A stretch of DNA of 64,000 bases, from the NCBI RefSeq assembly GCF_006345805.1, contig NC_042998.1:180358001-180422000 (forward strand), in the 5' to 3' direction. Below are positions 29,624 through 42,005 of this stretch, one piece after another (the stretch's first letter is position 1; each line of letters starts with the position of its first letter). The stretch comes from Octopus sinensis. Its lineage: Eukaryota. A program made the position numbers and the translations under genes. The notes under the pieces were generated by a model. It had not been told where the DNA came from. It saw only the letters and a program-made list of their open reading frames with translations, and searched no databases.

Positions 29624-30060
29624 ATGTATATATATATATATATGTATGTATGTATGTATGTATATATATAAATATATATATATGTGTGTATATATATATG
29701 TATATATGTATATATATGTATATGTATGTATATATATAATATATATGTATATATATATATGTGTATATATGTATATATATATGTATGTATATATATATAT
29801 ATATATGTATGTGTATATATATATGTATATATATGTATGTGTATATATACATGTATATATATATGTATGTATATATATATATATTTATATATATGTATGT
29901 GTATATATATATATTTATATATATGTATGTGTATATATATATATATATGTATGTATATAAGTATATATCTATATAAGTGCGTGTGCATGCGTGTACATAT
30001 ATGTACACACACCCAAGCACAAAGAGATAGATAAATAGATAGACAGACATATATAGATAT
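29580..30060. repeat. long (TA)/(TG) compound microsatellite
   Basis: Direct reading. Confidence 0.95.
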
Positions 30061-31013
30061 GTAAGAGGATGTTTGTTCTATACCATTTCGTATCATTCAA
30101 ATGTTTTACGAATAATATAAATATCTCTTCTACTATACGCAGAAGGCCTGAAAAATCCTTTTATGGGGAGAGGACTTGTCGATTACATTGACCCCTAGCG
30201 ATCAGCTCGTACGTATTGTATCGACCCCGAAAGGATGAAAGGCAATGTCGACCTCGCCGGAATTTGAACTCAAAACATAGATATAAATAACGATAACATT
30301 TCATAGAAAGATCATTTGCTTAGGGAAACGATAGTTGAGTAATTTGTGAGAATGCATGATTTAAGACGAAATGATCTCTGTGGAAATATTCCAATTTTAA
30401 ATTTAAGTTTGGAATAATTAGGACAGCAGTATAGAAATAGTCATGTATCATATTTGTTTCAATTGAACTGGCTTCTTGAATGAGAAGAGTAAATAAATCA
30501 TATTTTAAAGCGGACATAATCAGTAAAATACAGTGCGTTGTCCGGGACCCGAAACCCCGGAACTTCGTGCACATTAAGCGAAAATCCTTCTATTAGACCA
30601 ATGTCTCATTACGTAAATGTATTTCATATAACTGTACCTTTCAGTTGATTCTCCATACATGATTATTTAGTGAATGAAGACTTACAGGTAGAGGCCCAAC
30701 ATCTGTAAATGCTTTGTTACCTTCTAAAAAGACAATTAACAAGACAAATATCTTATACATATATATATATATATATAATTTTAAAATAGGATAAAATCTT
30801 CATAAGAATTTATCAAGTAGTCAGCGTGAAAAACCTCATAAGAGAAAAAATCCACCAATTTCTTCACTTAAATATATTTATTTATATTATATTATATAGA
30901 GGGCATTATTACACATAAATACCACACGCTAGGAGGCACTCTTAAAGTCAAAACTACTAAAATAAATAAACATATCGCACCGAATGCAACTCTCGAAGCA
31001 TACATATGTTAGT

Positions 31014-31205
31014 TAGTTAGTTAGTTAGTTAATTTTTTGGCTCAAAAGCAAAAAGCAAGGCCATGTAGGGGGACATGGAGTTAAGTACAGGGTGGTGTTC
31101 ATGCAAAGAGTTCAGGCCACTTGAGGTCAAGGGAGACTTTGAACAAAGCGATCGTCGGCATCTTCACCATCTCGTCTGGCAGCTTGTTCCACGGATCTGC
31201 AACAT
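31014..31205 (-). mobile_element. CR1-type LINE extreme 3' end with (TAAC)n tail
   Basis: VADPWNKLPDEMVKMPTIALFKVSLD matches the WNxLP..FK.xLD terminal motif. Confidence 0.65.
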
Positions 31206-31569
31206 ATACAGGACATGAAACACCAGTACCTACCTGGTATGAGTTTCAGCTCATAAATCCTATGATTATAGACGTATAAAGCAAATTACTGTACATGGTA
31301 CTTGGTAATTAATATTGATCTAGCTAGTTACTAGACTTAAACTTGCATAATAGCATTATGCTGCATGTGTGTGTGTGTGTGTGTGTGTACTTGCCTTTAT
31401 ATAGAAGAGTACGCGTATACATAGTTAAGACACAATTACCATTGATAGAAATTCGTATGGTACACTTGTAATTTTAAGGATATCGGATTTATGTAGCGCT
31501 AATGTATTATCTCTCTTAATGTTATCGATATTTTTGTTCTTAGATAAAATATACTTGTTAAATATCGTA

Positions 31570-31653
31570 GTTATCATCATCATCATCATCACTATCATCA
31601 TCATGATTATTATTATCATTGTTATTATATTATTATTATTATTATTATTATTA

Positions 31654-31687
<34 letters not shown>

Positions 31688-31713
31688 TATTATTATTATT
31701 ATTATTATTATCA

Positions 31714-31800
<87 letters not shown>

Positions 31801-31814
31801 CTATCATCATCATG

Positions 31815-31861
<47 letters not shown>

Positions 31862-31960
31862 CATTGTTATTATTATTATTATTATTTATTATTATTATTA
31901 TTATATTATTATTATTAACATCATCATCATCATCATTATTATTATCATCATTTTTAATAT
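31570..31960. repeat. (ATT)n/(CAT)n compound microsatellite
   Basis: Direct reading. Confidence 0.95.
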
Positions 31961-32739
31961 TATCACCATTATTGCCCACATCATATCATTCAGAGGTTAC
32001 ACGGAAAATGTTGATCTAATTTTCATGAACGTGGCGAACGAGATTTGCTATCAGAATTGTATTTATCAAATTTTCTGTCCAATTCACTGACATACATGAT
32101 TGATGTCTATAGAATGTTTTAAAGTAAACGAATTACAGACATTCTTATATTCTAATTAATGTAATTGCACCCGAAAATAACAATCTTCAGTGTCAACACT
32201 CTCTGCAAACATTAACCACATTCCCCCCATCCTCCCACACTATTTCTGTGATAATTATATCGCCGCGCGAGTTAAACGCACGTCGTACGAAAGTTGGTTA
32301 CGAGTAAATGTAAACAGGAAAATTCTTTGGTGGAAAAAATGGTTATCACTTGCAAAGCTTTCGAAAAAAAAAAAACACAGTCAAAATTTCTTTTTGAATT
32401 ATCGCAGGCATCGTGTTTTCGTGGTGGTAACCGGTTTTGTTATGTTGGTTGGTAATTGTTGAAGCGATTGATTTGAATGTGGGAGTTGCTAGATTCTCTT
32501 GTAAAGATAGCGTCTAAATAGTAATTACCCAACGTCACCGGAAATTATTGATTATGTTTTTGTTTCCACTTCTTTTGTTTGTTTATGTAAAGCGAAGCTA
32601 AAAGGTAACCAAATCTAGACATACATGTCTATATGACGCACTCACACAAATATCTGTCTCCCTAACACCATAAAGTCATCTTATTTTTATCCTTCTGCGC
32701 TTCACTTTACTATACGTGCATACATGTCAGTAACACTCA

Positions 32740-33122
32740 TGGAAGCACTCCGTCGGTTACGACGATGAGGGTTCCGGTTGATCCGAATCAACGGAACAGC
32801 CTGCTCGTGAAATTAACGTGTAAGTGGCTGAGCACTCCACAGACACGTGTACCCTTAACGTAGTTCTCGGGGATATTCTGCGTGACACAGAGAGTGACAA
32901 GGCCGGCCCTTTGAAATACAGGTACAACAGAAACAGGAAGTAAGAGTGAGAGAAAGTTGTGGTGAAAGAGTACAGCAGGGATCACCACCATCCCCTGCCG
33001 GAGCCTTGTGGAGCTTTAGGTGTTTTTGCTCAATAAACACTCACAACGCCCGGTCTGGGAATTGAAACCGCGATCCTATGACCGCGAGTCCGCTGCCCTA
33101 ACCACTGGGCCATTGCGCCTCC
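32740..33122 (-). mobile_element. type B SINE, tail variant 2 (RTE-like tail), full length
   Basis: Reverse complement of a tRNA-like head plus a tail ending CGTCGTCGTAACCGACGGAGTGC. Confidence 0.85.
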
Positions 33123-33254
33123 ACTCATACATACACACATGCACACAAACGCGCACGCCCACACACGCACACATATATACACATACTTATATGTATTCAG
33201 TATGTATTTTCTGAAACATTATCCGCCGGGCGGTTTCCTATCGTCCTCAGATAA

Positions 33255-33955
33255 TATATACGCGTTATACCGCAATTCATTCAACGGACTCAAAACATTA
33301 TTGATAAGGATCTCGTAAAATCAACGAGAAACAACGCCAAAGAACTTCAGATGTCAGAGTTGACTAGCAGGACCGTGGTGCACAAGGATATTCGATATGA
33401 GACGTGTGAACTGAAGGGAGGTCAGTTCATGTCTGCAATGATACAGGAAAACCGATTGATCCGTGCCAAGCGTTTGTTAACAAGGTTAAAATTCCTCAAG
33501 AACAGTGTATCCTGTGGTTCTTCTCTTGGACCAGAACCAAAATTCTGACAAGACAAATGACAGATGCTTATGTGTAGGCCCGCTTGATGTCCCCACAGTG
33601 ATGCGTACTGTGCCACCTCTCATCTTTCTACAAGGCCTTAGAATTAATGCTACTAGATACTTTAAGACCCTGGCGACAGCTGGTAAACCCTCGATGGATG
33701 AATGTACATAATATAAGTATAAATATATATCAGTGAGACTCAACACTTTTCGAAAAACCCACGTGACCCAAGAATGGAAGTCAGACAATCGGTACGATCA
33801 CGTAAAAAGCAAAATTGCGGCCTCCAGCCACCTCAGATTTAAAGACATTGGACTACTTAGTTTGGAGAGTTTTAGGCAAGTTACAATTCAAACTAGTTAC
33901 GAGTCGCCAATACATCCACACGGCAAATTCAGTCGCAAGAGACTGACTTCATAAA
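33255..33955 (+). mobile_element. maT-like (Tc1/mariner) transposase remnant
   Basis: ELQMSELTSRTVVHKDIRY..GQFMSA..ENRLIRAKRLL, DVPTVMRT and HVTQEWKSDN..DHV motifs across frames. Confidence 0.7.
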
Positions 33956-33978
33956 ATATAATATTGTTTGTGTACATA

Positions 33979-34040
<62 letters not shown>

Positions 34041-34058
34041 ATAGTAGTAGTACAATGT

Positions 34059-34422
34059 AGGCAAAATGGCCAAATGGTTAGGGCAGCAGACACGCGGTCG
34101 TAGGATCGCGGTTTTGATTCCCGGTCCAGGCATTGTGAGTGTTTATTGAGCGAAAACACCTAAAAGCTCCCTGAGGCCCCGATAGTGGGTGGTGGCGAAA
34201 CTTGTACACTTTCACCACAACTTTCTCGCACTCGTTCTTCCTGTTTCTATTATACCTGTATTTCAAAGGGCCAGCCTTGTAACAGTCTGTGTCACGCTGC
34301 ATCTCCCCGAAAACCACGTTAAGTGTACACGTGTCTGTGGAGTGTTCAGCCACTTGCATGAACAGCCTGTTCCATTGATCGGATCAACTGGAACCGTCGT
34401 CGTCGTAACCGACGGAGTGCCA
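34059..34422 (+). mobile_element. type B SINE, tail variant 2
   Basis: Homologous to 32740-33122 in the opposite orientation. Confidence 0.85.
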
Positions 34423-35119
34423 CGATGGTAGTACAGATAAAAATTTAAGATTCAAACGAATCAGGTCCTTAAATCGTAAAGCCCCAAAGTCGGGTTTGTG
34501 AAATCGCTATTTTGTAAAAACAATATTTGAGGAACAAATACTTATTTACTGAATCTTATATTCCAGTTTTATGTAAACCACAAACGGCCGACTGAGTCCA
34601 CCACGAGTCTCAAGGCTGCAAATGAGGACAAACAATGCAGTCAATAGACTCCAGATCCACGCCAATTGGAGGTTCCGAGTAAGGTGAATAAGAAGCAAAT
34701 CACTACAGATGTGTTGTTCACTCACTACACCAGTAACAGGTGTGTTTTTCGTTGATGGATAGAATTATTATATCATGCGAAAAAAATGCAGAGACGTTTT
34801 CCTCAAGTGAATTTATGTACGAATTAAACATTTCGGAATATCTTAAATTACAAAGGGAGTTTCTTTGATCAAATTTTGTCGAAGAGTCATGAAATGGCAC
34901 TTTCTTTGAAAATTTGAAATATTAAATTTGTACCTAATATTCACCGAATGAAAATGGTTTTATTTTTGCATGATTCATCAATAAAAATCATTTTATTTGT
35001 TTTTTTTTTGCATAATTCATCAGTAAAAACACATATGAAAGAACTGTAGTGAGTAAACCATAATCCATGTTATAATATCAACACATATGGATCAAAACAC
35101 TTTGAGTGCCCCCCCCCAC

Positions 35120-35990
35120 CAACACCAACACTGCTACGATGATTTGGCTAGGAGCGTGTTTACTGAGAAGTTCACGTTTCTGGACGACGATCTGCACCCC
35201 CACTTCTTCCTCAAAGAGAATTAGGAAAAGGAAAATCATCTGTATAACCCACCTTTAAATCTAGAGGTTTCCACCAGCGTAGCTGAGGACTTCCTGCCAT
35301 TAATTAATAAACACTTTCCCAGAAGCCATAACTACTATAAACTCTCCAGTCTCATAATGTCAAGGTGAGCTACTCCTTCTTAGACAACATTGCATCTAAC
35401 ATAGCACGCGTCAACAGATGTAAAAATGCACCTGCACGACTCCCCCCACCCAGCGTACAACTGCCGAATCTCTGCCTCCTGCCCTCTAGAAATATTCTGT
35501 CTCTCAAGGGCCGTAATATACACAGCCACTCTTACACCATGGTAGCATTAGACACTATACGAGTATGACAGTCTATGACTTCCTACACTATACGGGTATG
35601 AGGTTCAATGACTTCCTAGCACATGCCCTCGTTCAGGTCCTGGGATCGAGAAAACTCCACTTACCTGTCTCGTTTCCTCTAGAGATTGCGTAGCCTCCGA
35701 GATGAAACACCAAGCATCAAGTGGACTATTGTCGACAAAGCGCCCCATATTCACTTGGATACTCTAACTGCCTCCATGGAAAACTGCATATGCTCCAACA
35801 ACCAGCAGTATCCATCAGCAAGATTTATATCATTGCTTTCACCAGAGGCATGCCCGATTGGCAAATTACATGCCACTGGTCACCGACAACCCGGATATAC
35901 TACTTTGTACCAGCTGTACCCTGTACTGACTGCGCCAAGGTCACCATCACCAATCAACCCCACTGCGCAGGAACACCAATTACCAATACC
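35120..35990 (+). mobile_element. Penelope-like element, linker and GIY-YIG endonuclease remnant
   Basis: KRKII..NPPFNLEV..FLPLINKHFP, VKVSYS, CNCR..SCPL, HYTGM (YIG-like; this ~35-bp segment is tandemly duplicated at ~35550-35620), IKWTIVDKAP, C.HGKLHML. Confidence 0.7.
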
Positions 35991-36189
35991 TAACGCTTAC
36001 TAATCCCCAACGCTTGGTAAGTGCGAGCGAGTGCGAGTACACGTATAAACGCGCACACGAATATACATATCCACATATAAATGAATACGCATGTGTCTTT
36101 GTGTGTGTTTGAGTGTGTGCGTGTTTGTGTGTGTATGTGTGCGTGCATATATATGTAAGCATATATATATATTTATATATATATATGTT

Positions 36190-36413
36190 TCGTTTTTAGA
36201 TTTGGTTTGCAAGATCCTTTATATGAGTTCGTGTGTTGAAGCATATTCTGTTGTGTCTGGAGAGAGTAATTCTCTTTTAGTGCCTTATTATTTAACACAC
36301 TCACCGGTAAATTTCCACTTATTTCTTATTTTTATTTTCTAAAATTTTCGTTGCGTCTTGCAACCTTTTGAAAAGTCTTGACTCTTGAAAAGGTTGCAAG
36401 ATGCAACGAAAAT
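36190..36413. repeat. Penelope-associated terminal repeat ending in a 26-bp-arm palindrome
   Basis: Arms 36344-36369 and 36388-36413 have 1 mismatch; a related sequence is at 44046-44130. Confidence 0.6.
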
Positions 36414-37264
36414 GGACGTATATGTATTCGTGTATTCCTGCTTGTGCGAGCAATCATATGATTTCAGTTTTACTGCATTAAAAGCCGTTTCCTTTCCCAC
36501 TGAACTTGGCTATTTATCTCTAAGATCTTGATAAATTTTGTAAGTGTTCCGTGAGCTATACTTGTCGCCTTCTAAGTTGGTACTTTCTACGAAAATAGAA
36601 TAGAATTTAACATGAGATTTAAAAAAAAAAATCCTTTTGTCACTTCATAATGAGCGATTGTAGGGGGGAAATGTTACCACTTCTAATGTTCAAAATCTAT
36701 CAGTAACGTCTGAGGTTGTTGATGATTTGCAATTGGCTGATAGAGAATTTGACAAGGTTCATACGGCTTTCTCAAGCATTCTAAATTATTACGTAATAGC
36801 AATTTTAACTTATTACGTAATTATGACTGTGTAAACAGTTTTACTGATATCAATATTTACAAATAATCATTTATATTTTGATTATTCTTGCGACTGTTTC
36901 AGTACCATTAACACCAATTATAATTCTGATTATCAAATATATGGAAGCTATCACAGTTAACACTATGTGTGAAAGAAAGGCTGGTTCAAACAAACAAATC
37001 CCAATTTTTTTTTCTCTAATTAGCTAATAATTTGCAAACAAACAATGTTTTACATGGGCAATATAGTTGCAGTTCTTGTTACCTTGGAGGAGACGCTAGT
37101 CTATAGTAACTAACTTTCCCATTTAAGCCTTAAAAAATTTGGAAGCTACTTCATTTACGATGACGGTTAATAAATACACGAGGTAAGAAGTTTATTCACG
37201 ATACACAAGACGTTCATCAGAAATAATTCGTTTTCATCGTAATATATAAATATGTGCGTGTGTT

Positions 37265-37349
<85 letters not shown>

Positions 37350-37397
37350 ATAAATATATGTAGAGGGATTTGAAGTGATGTACAGTTATTGTATATT

Positions 37398-39135
37398 GAG
37401 AACACTAAGGTACTCAGAATGTTGGATTATTATATATATTTTTATTTACATTTTTAGCGCTTTTTTTCCGTTTTCGGATTTATCAAAAATGTGTTTTATC
37501 GTTAAGTTTACTTCGCCTTTTTATATAAATTTGAAAGTGATGATGTTTTAGAAAGAGAGAGAGAGAGGGCGAGAGAGGTGAGAGAGGTGAGAGAGAAAGA
37601 TAGTGAAGACAGTGAAGATAAAGAAGGGAAAAGGCGGTCGGAGCTTTTAGGCGGTTGGCAAAGGAAAGAAAAAGAAGAAAAGCTTAGGGGAGGGGGCTTT
37701 TTTACCAGTGTGGTCAAACTTGATTGATTCAGTATGTTGTTTTTTCTATTTTTTAGTGGCCTTTTGGGTAGGGAAGGAAACGAATTTTTCGTATCCAAAT
37801 GGTCGAGATTTTAAATGGAAGAGCAGATGTTTCTGATTTTTTTCCCAGTAAGAATAATAATTATATTTCAATATCTTGCTTATTTTAATTCTTTTGTATT
37901 CATTAATGTAAGGGGGGAGAGAATGGTTGTATGGATGTGGTCAATTTAAAAAAATTAAAATTCGTTTTTTATTTAGCCGTGTATGGCTATGTTTTGAAAG
38001 ACTGATTTTAATGTAAGTATAGATATAATTTTAAATACCCCTTCCCAGTCCCACAATACGCACAACATCGTTTTACGCGGATGAAGATTGTTTCCCGGGG
38101 CTAAGCCATTCCTTATGCTACTTCATATTGATGTATAGGTATTATTTTTCGTCACTAGTAACGATTCAGTAAAGAAATCGTTGCTTGTGTCCATGAGTTG
38201 AGCGGTGACGAGCAAGCAAACCATCGGAGATTGTGGCTCGTTGAATTTTGTTGTTTTTCAATTAAAGCATGCGGAATCCATGCTCCATACTTCTGAACCT
38301 TTCCCAGCGAGTGAAGATGCTTCTCTATAGCAGTGTGGGAGCATTCCATTTTCTCTGCCAGTTCCCTTGTCGTTTGACGAGAATTTTCGTGCAAAATTTG
38401 GTTTAATCGCTCTTCATCAAACTCAACTGGACGGCAAGAACGAGGTGCGTCTTTGAGGTTAAAATTTTCATTTTTGAACTTGGCATATCAACCACGAGCG
38501 GTTCTTTCAGCTATGGCACCCTCTCCATACACAGCACAAATGTCGCGAGCAGCTTTTGCGGCCTTAGAACCTTGATTAAAAGCAAAAAGAAGGAGGTGTC
38601 GAAAATGCTCGTTTTTCTTAACTTGACATTCCATTTTAATGATCTGAAAATAAACAAAAATTAACTAAAATTAACTAGAAAAAACAAAAAACAAAATAGA
38701 TTCCAAAATGATTCAAAAATGGAATTCTTGTAAAAAAAAAAATAGATTCCAAAATTTAAAAACGCAATAAATTCCAAAATTTTAAAAAACGTCGGGAACT
38801 TAGTTGCCAACCCAATATTTTGGTGCAGATTCGTCTTGCCATACTATATGGGATGTTCCTTTTCATGTGTGAAGGGTGGCAAGAGTAGAAATTCAAATAT
38901 TGATGCGTGTCCGTTCGTTTGCAAAATATTTCTGTTCTAACAGTGGATTTGTCTATTCTGATGTTAATGTCTGGGAATAGTAGTCCATTGTAGCTTGTTT
39001 CTGCTGTGAATTTTATAGATGGGTGCAGTGTGTTGAGAATGTTGTGAAATGTTCGTAGGACTTCTTTTGATCTATCCCAAAAAAATGAGACAGTCATCGA
39101 AGTAGCACTTCAACTTCTTCACAATATCTTCCTTG
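37398..39135 (-). mobile_element. Penelope-like element (RT fragment, GIY-YIG C-terminal remnant, terminal repeat) interrupted by a mariner
   Basis: YFDDCLIF and LNTLHPSIKFTAE..KRTDTHQYLNFYSCHP at 38818-39135; weak HLDT..FP..PK C-terminal remnant near 37790. Confidence 0.65.
38030..38815 (-). mobile_element. mariner (DD34D-type) element, 5' TIR and N-terminal transposase, 3'-truncated
   Basis: TA + TTGGGTTGGCAACTAAG TIR; ATG at 38634, MECQVKKNEHFRHLLLFAFN; GAWIPHAL; VTSDEK; LHPRKTMLCVLWDWEG. Confidence 0.85.
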
Positions 39136-39174
39136 AAGCTGTGATCAAAGATTTTTCCTACTTCATCGTAAAAT

Positions 39175-39425
39175 TTACTTTCTTCACTATCTCCAACTCA
39201 CTCCTCCTCTCTCACCCCTTCACCTTTCTTTCTAATTTGTTCCTCTCTTCACTCACCTCTCTTTCCCTTTCTAAAACATCATCAGTTTCAATTTTATATA
39301 AAAAGGCGAAGCAAACTTACTATAAACTACTTTTTTGATAAATCCGATAACGAAAGAAAACGTTAAAAGTGTAAATAAAAATTTTTATAATCATCCAACA
39401 TTTTAACTACCTTAGTATTCTCAGT
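39175..39425 (+). repeat. inverted copy of the terminal repeat at 37398-37620
   Basis: Shared CTAAAACATCATCAxTTTCAAxTTTATATAAAAAGGCGAAGxAAACTT and downstream blocks. Confidence 0.8.
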
Positions 39426-39458
39426 ATAAACATATATATAAACGCGCACAAACGCACG

Positions 39459-39509
<51 letters not shown>

Positions 39510-40169
39510 ACACACACATACTTATTGTATTCGATATTTTTGATTGAAGCCGCTTGAATATAATATTTGAACATATAAACAAACTTGAGAAATAGAAGTT
39601 AAGAGAAAAAGTCATATCGAAAAAGACAAAGGGAGAATGAAGTTATAAAGAAAAGTATTTAATGAAATAAAGTAATTAGGGAGTTACTTTATTTCATTAG
39701 TATGAATAGTAATTAGATTTTAGATTTGTATTTTATCTATATGTATACTTGTATACTTGTAAAAATGTATTTGTTAAAAATGGTCAACATCAAGTTTTCA
39801 TGTTTAAAATTAGTGATTCTTTATACATGTATACAAGTATTCTTGTATAGAATGGTGGCTTAGATATTATTAGTTCTGTTTTCTCCCTGTCATTAGCAGT
39901 GCTTACGTTGATCTTTGGTGCTTTACCAACATCATCTTCTATTGTATTCCTTGTACGTATGTGTGTGTCTGCGTATGTGTGTGTGTGAGAGAGAGAGAGA
40001 GAGCCAGCCATGTCATTATTCGCATATTTCTATGAGATATAACGGTTGTAGGTTATTCTTAGGCCATTGAATTTGGTCCTATATACCAAATTACTCATAC
40101 ATAAATATTCAAAAAATGCAAAGTGTGACTAGATGCAGTTTTTGGGGTGGTGGAGTTGAAGGCAGGGGA

Positions 40170-40510
40170 CTCTGACATTCTTCCATAGGGTCCTATAAGA
40201 AGCGTGACCAAATGTGACTATAGATATTACGCAACCATCAGATCTTGGTCTATCCCTATATCTTCTGTCAATTGGCTCAGTTTGAAGACTCTATTTTGCA
40301 TTTCTTTCCTAGATGTCCATAGTACGGGAGCTGTGACTTCAATGTGGAGAAATAGCGACTCCGAGACTCTTCCGGATCTCCGAGTTATGCTCCCTGTCAA
40401 TTAACAGAACTCCTGAGAACTTTGAACGAACCCTATTTCGACAGCTTATATGCCCAATCACATTCTTTCGGTTATTACCCAAAATTCGTGACCAAGTGTG
40501 TGATAGGCAC
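40170..40510 (-). mobile_element. RTE (Expander/Rex3-like) post-RT remnant
   Basis: TLGHEFWVITERM..AVEIGF resembles LTYGHELWVMTERMRSRIQAAEMSF. Confidence 0.5.
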
Positions 40511-41082
40511 TGAATTTGTTAATGTTGTATAATAGAGGATAAAGGTCAACTGGTTTCTTTTCAGTGTTCTACCCATACAAGTGAAGAGTAGATCGAAACT
40601 TCATAGCCCTAGAAATCAGTGCACTGCTTTTTAAATTTTTGTAGTAATTATTCGTACTACCGTTCTATCGTCTCATTTGTTTGCGCCAATGATATCCACG
40701 ACAGTCAAAATTACTGCTATTGCTATTTTATATCTTTAATTGGCAAAAGTTACAATGTGTCTCAAGGGGCGAGAGTATGATGTATGAGTTTAATGTATGA
40801 AAACTTTGAATGCGTGAGTCAAGTTGCAAATTCTGGTAATTAAAAATAAAAATTAAAACATATATTATATACATATATGTGTGTGTGTGCGTGTGTCTGT
40901 ATGTCTGTGTATGGAGAGAGAGAGAGATACATATATATGTATACATTTATTAATATGTATATATATACACACATACATAACACATATATACGTGCATACA
41001 TACATATACATACCTACATGCATACATATATGTAGGCAGACATACATACATACATGCATACATACACACATACATACATACA

Positions 41083-41144
<62 letters not shown>

Positions 41145-41495
41145 CATACATACATACATACATACATACATACATACATACATACATCATTCACCTATGC
41201 TCACATTCATGTCTTGGCAAAAATCAATAATCAACTGTGTGATGACACATATTTCAAATATAATAATTTTTGAAATGGTTTTCATTGTTTTTAACTATTT
41301 TAATTTATTCATAGCAAGTAACCAATACGTCACCTTCATAGGCAATGAAATTATTGTTTATGATGTCACTGGAATTCCAAAATAGCTACGTTACATGCAT
41401 AAAGACATTTAAAGTAGATATAATGAGGCTGTAAAGAAGTCTGGCAACGTCTCAGATGATTCATCTCAATATCAGGTCCCGTTGAAAAATATTCA

Positions 41496-42005
41496 ATGGC
41501 CGACTTTATTCTTTTTGCAGATGTACCAATTAATTATTCAAAGTGCCTAACAGAACATTTCCGAAATGTATACTCAAGTTCTAAATACACTATTTTGCAT
41601 CAAACAACAACATTGTACAATGTATATAAAGATCAATTCCCTTTACTTCTTAATATTATCAGCGATCATTTTGCACAACTCAGTCGAACATTTCCGGATG
41701 ATTTCCTCTTGAATAAAAAAGAAGCAGGGAGATTTTTGAGACAACTGGATATTGTTGAGAATCATTTAATGGTAATGAGCAGCATATCTACAAGATTGTT
41801 ACAAGGGAATCATGAAAAGGCTCGCCGTGTTATGTTAATAGTACTCTACACTAACTTGGTTTGGTGTAAGTTCCTGAAGAACTTCTTTAGTAGGCATAAA
41901 ACTTTAGTTAAATTGTATATGAGCATGGTTTCTAGTAATAATGTAGGACACAGAATTAAAAAAATATTTGAATCGACTAAGCGTAATCGCCACCTAACTA
42001 TGTGA
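41496..42005 (+). CDS. uncharacterised 169-aa ORF (orphan candidate)
   Basis: Uninterrupted, non-repetitive ATG-initiated ORF in AT-rich unique sequence; no recognisable TE or host domain. Confidence 0.5.
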   Translation: MADFILFADVPINYSKCLTEHFRNVYSSSKYTILHQTTTLYNVYKDQFPLLLNIISDHFAQLSRTFPDDFLLNKKEAGRFLRQLDIVENHLMVMSSISTRLLQGNHEKARRVMLIVLYTNLVWCKFLKNFFSRHKTLVKLYMSMVSSNNVGHRIKKIFESTKRNRHLTM

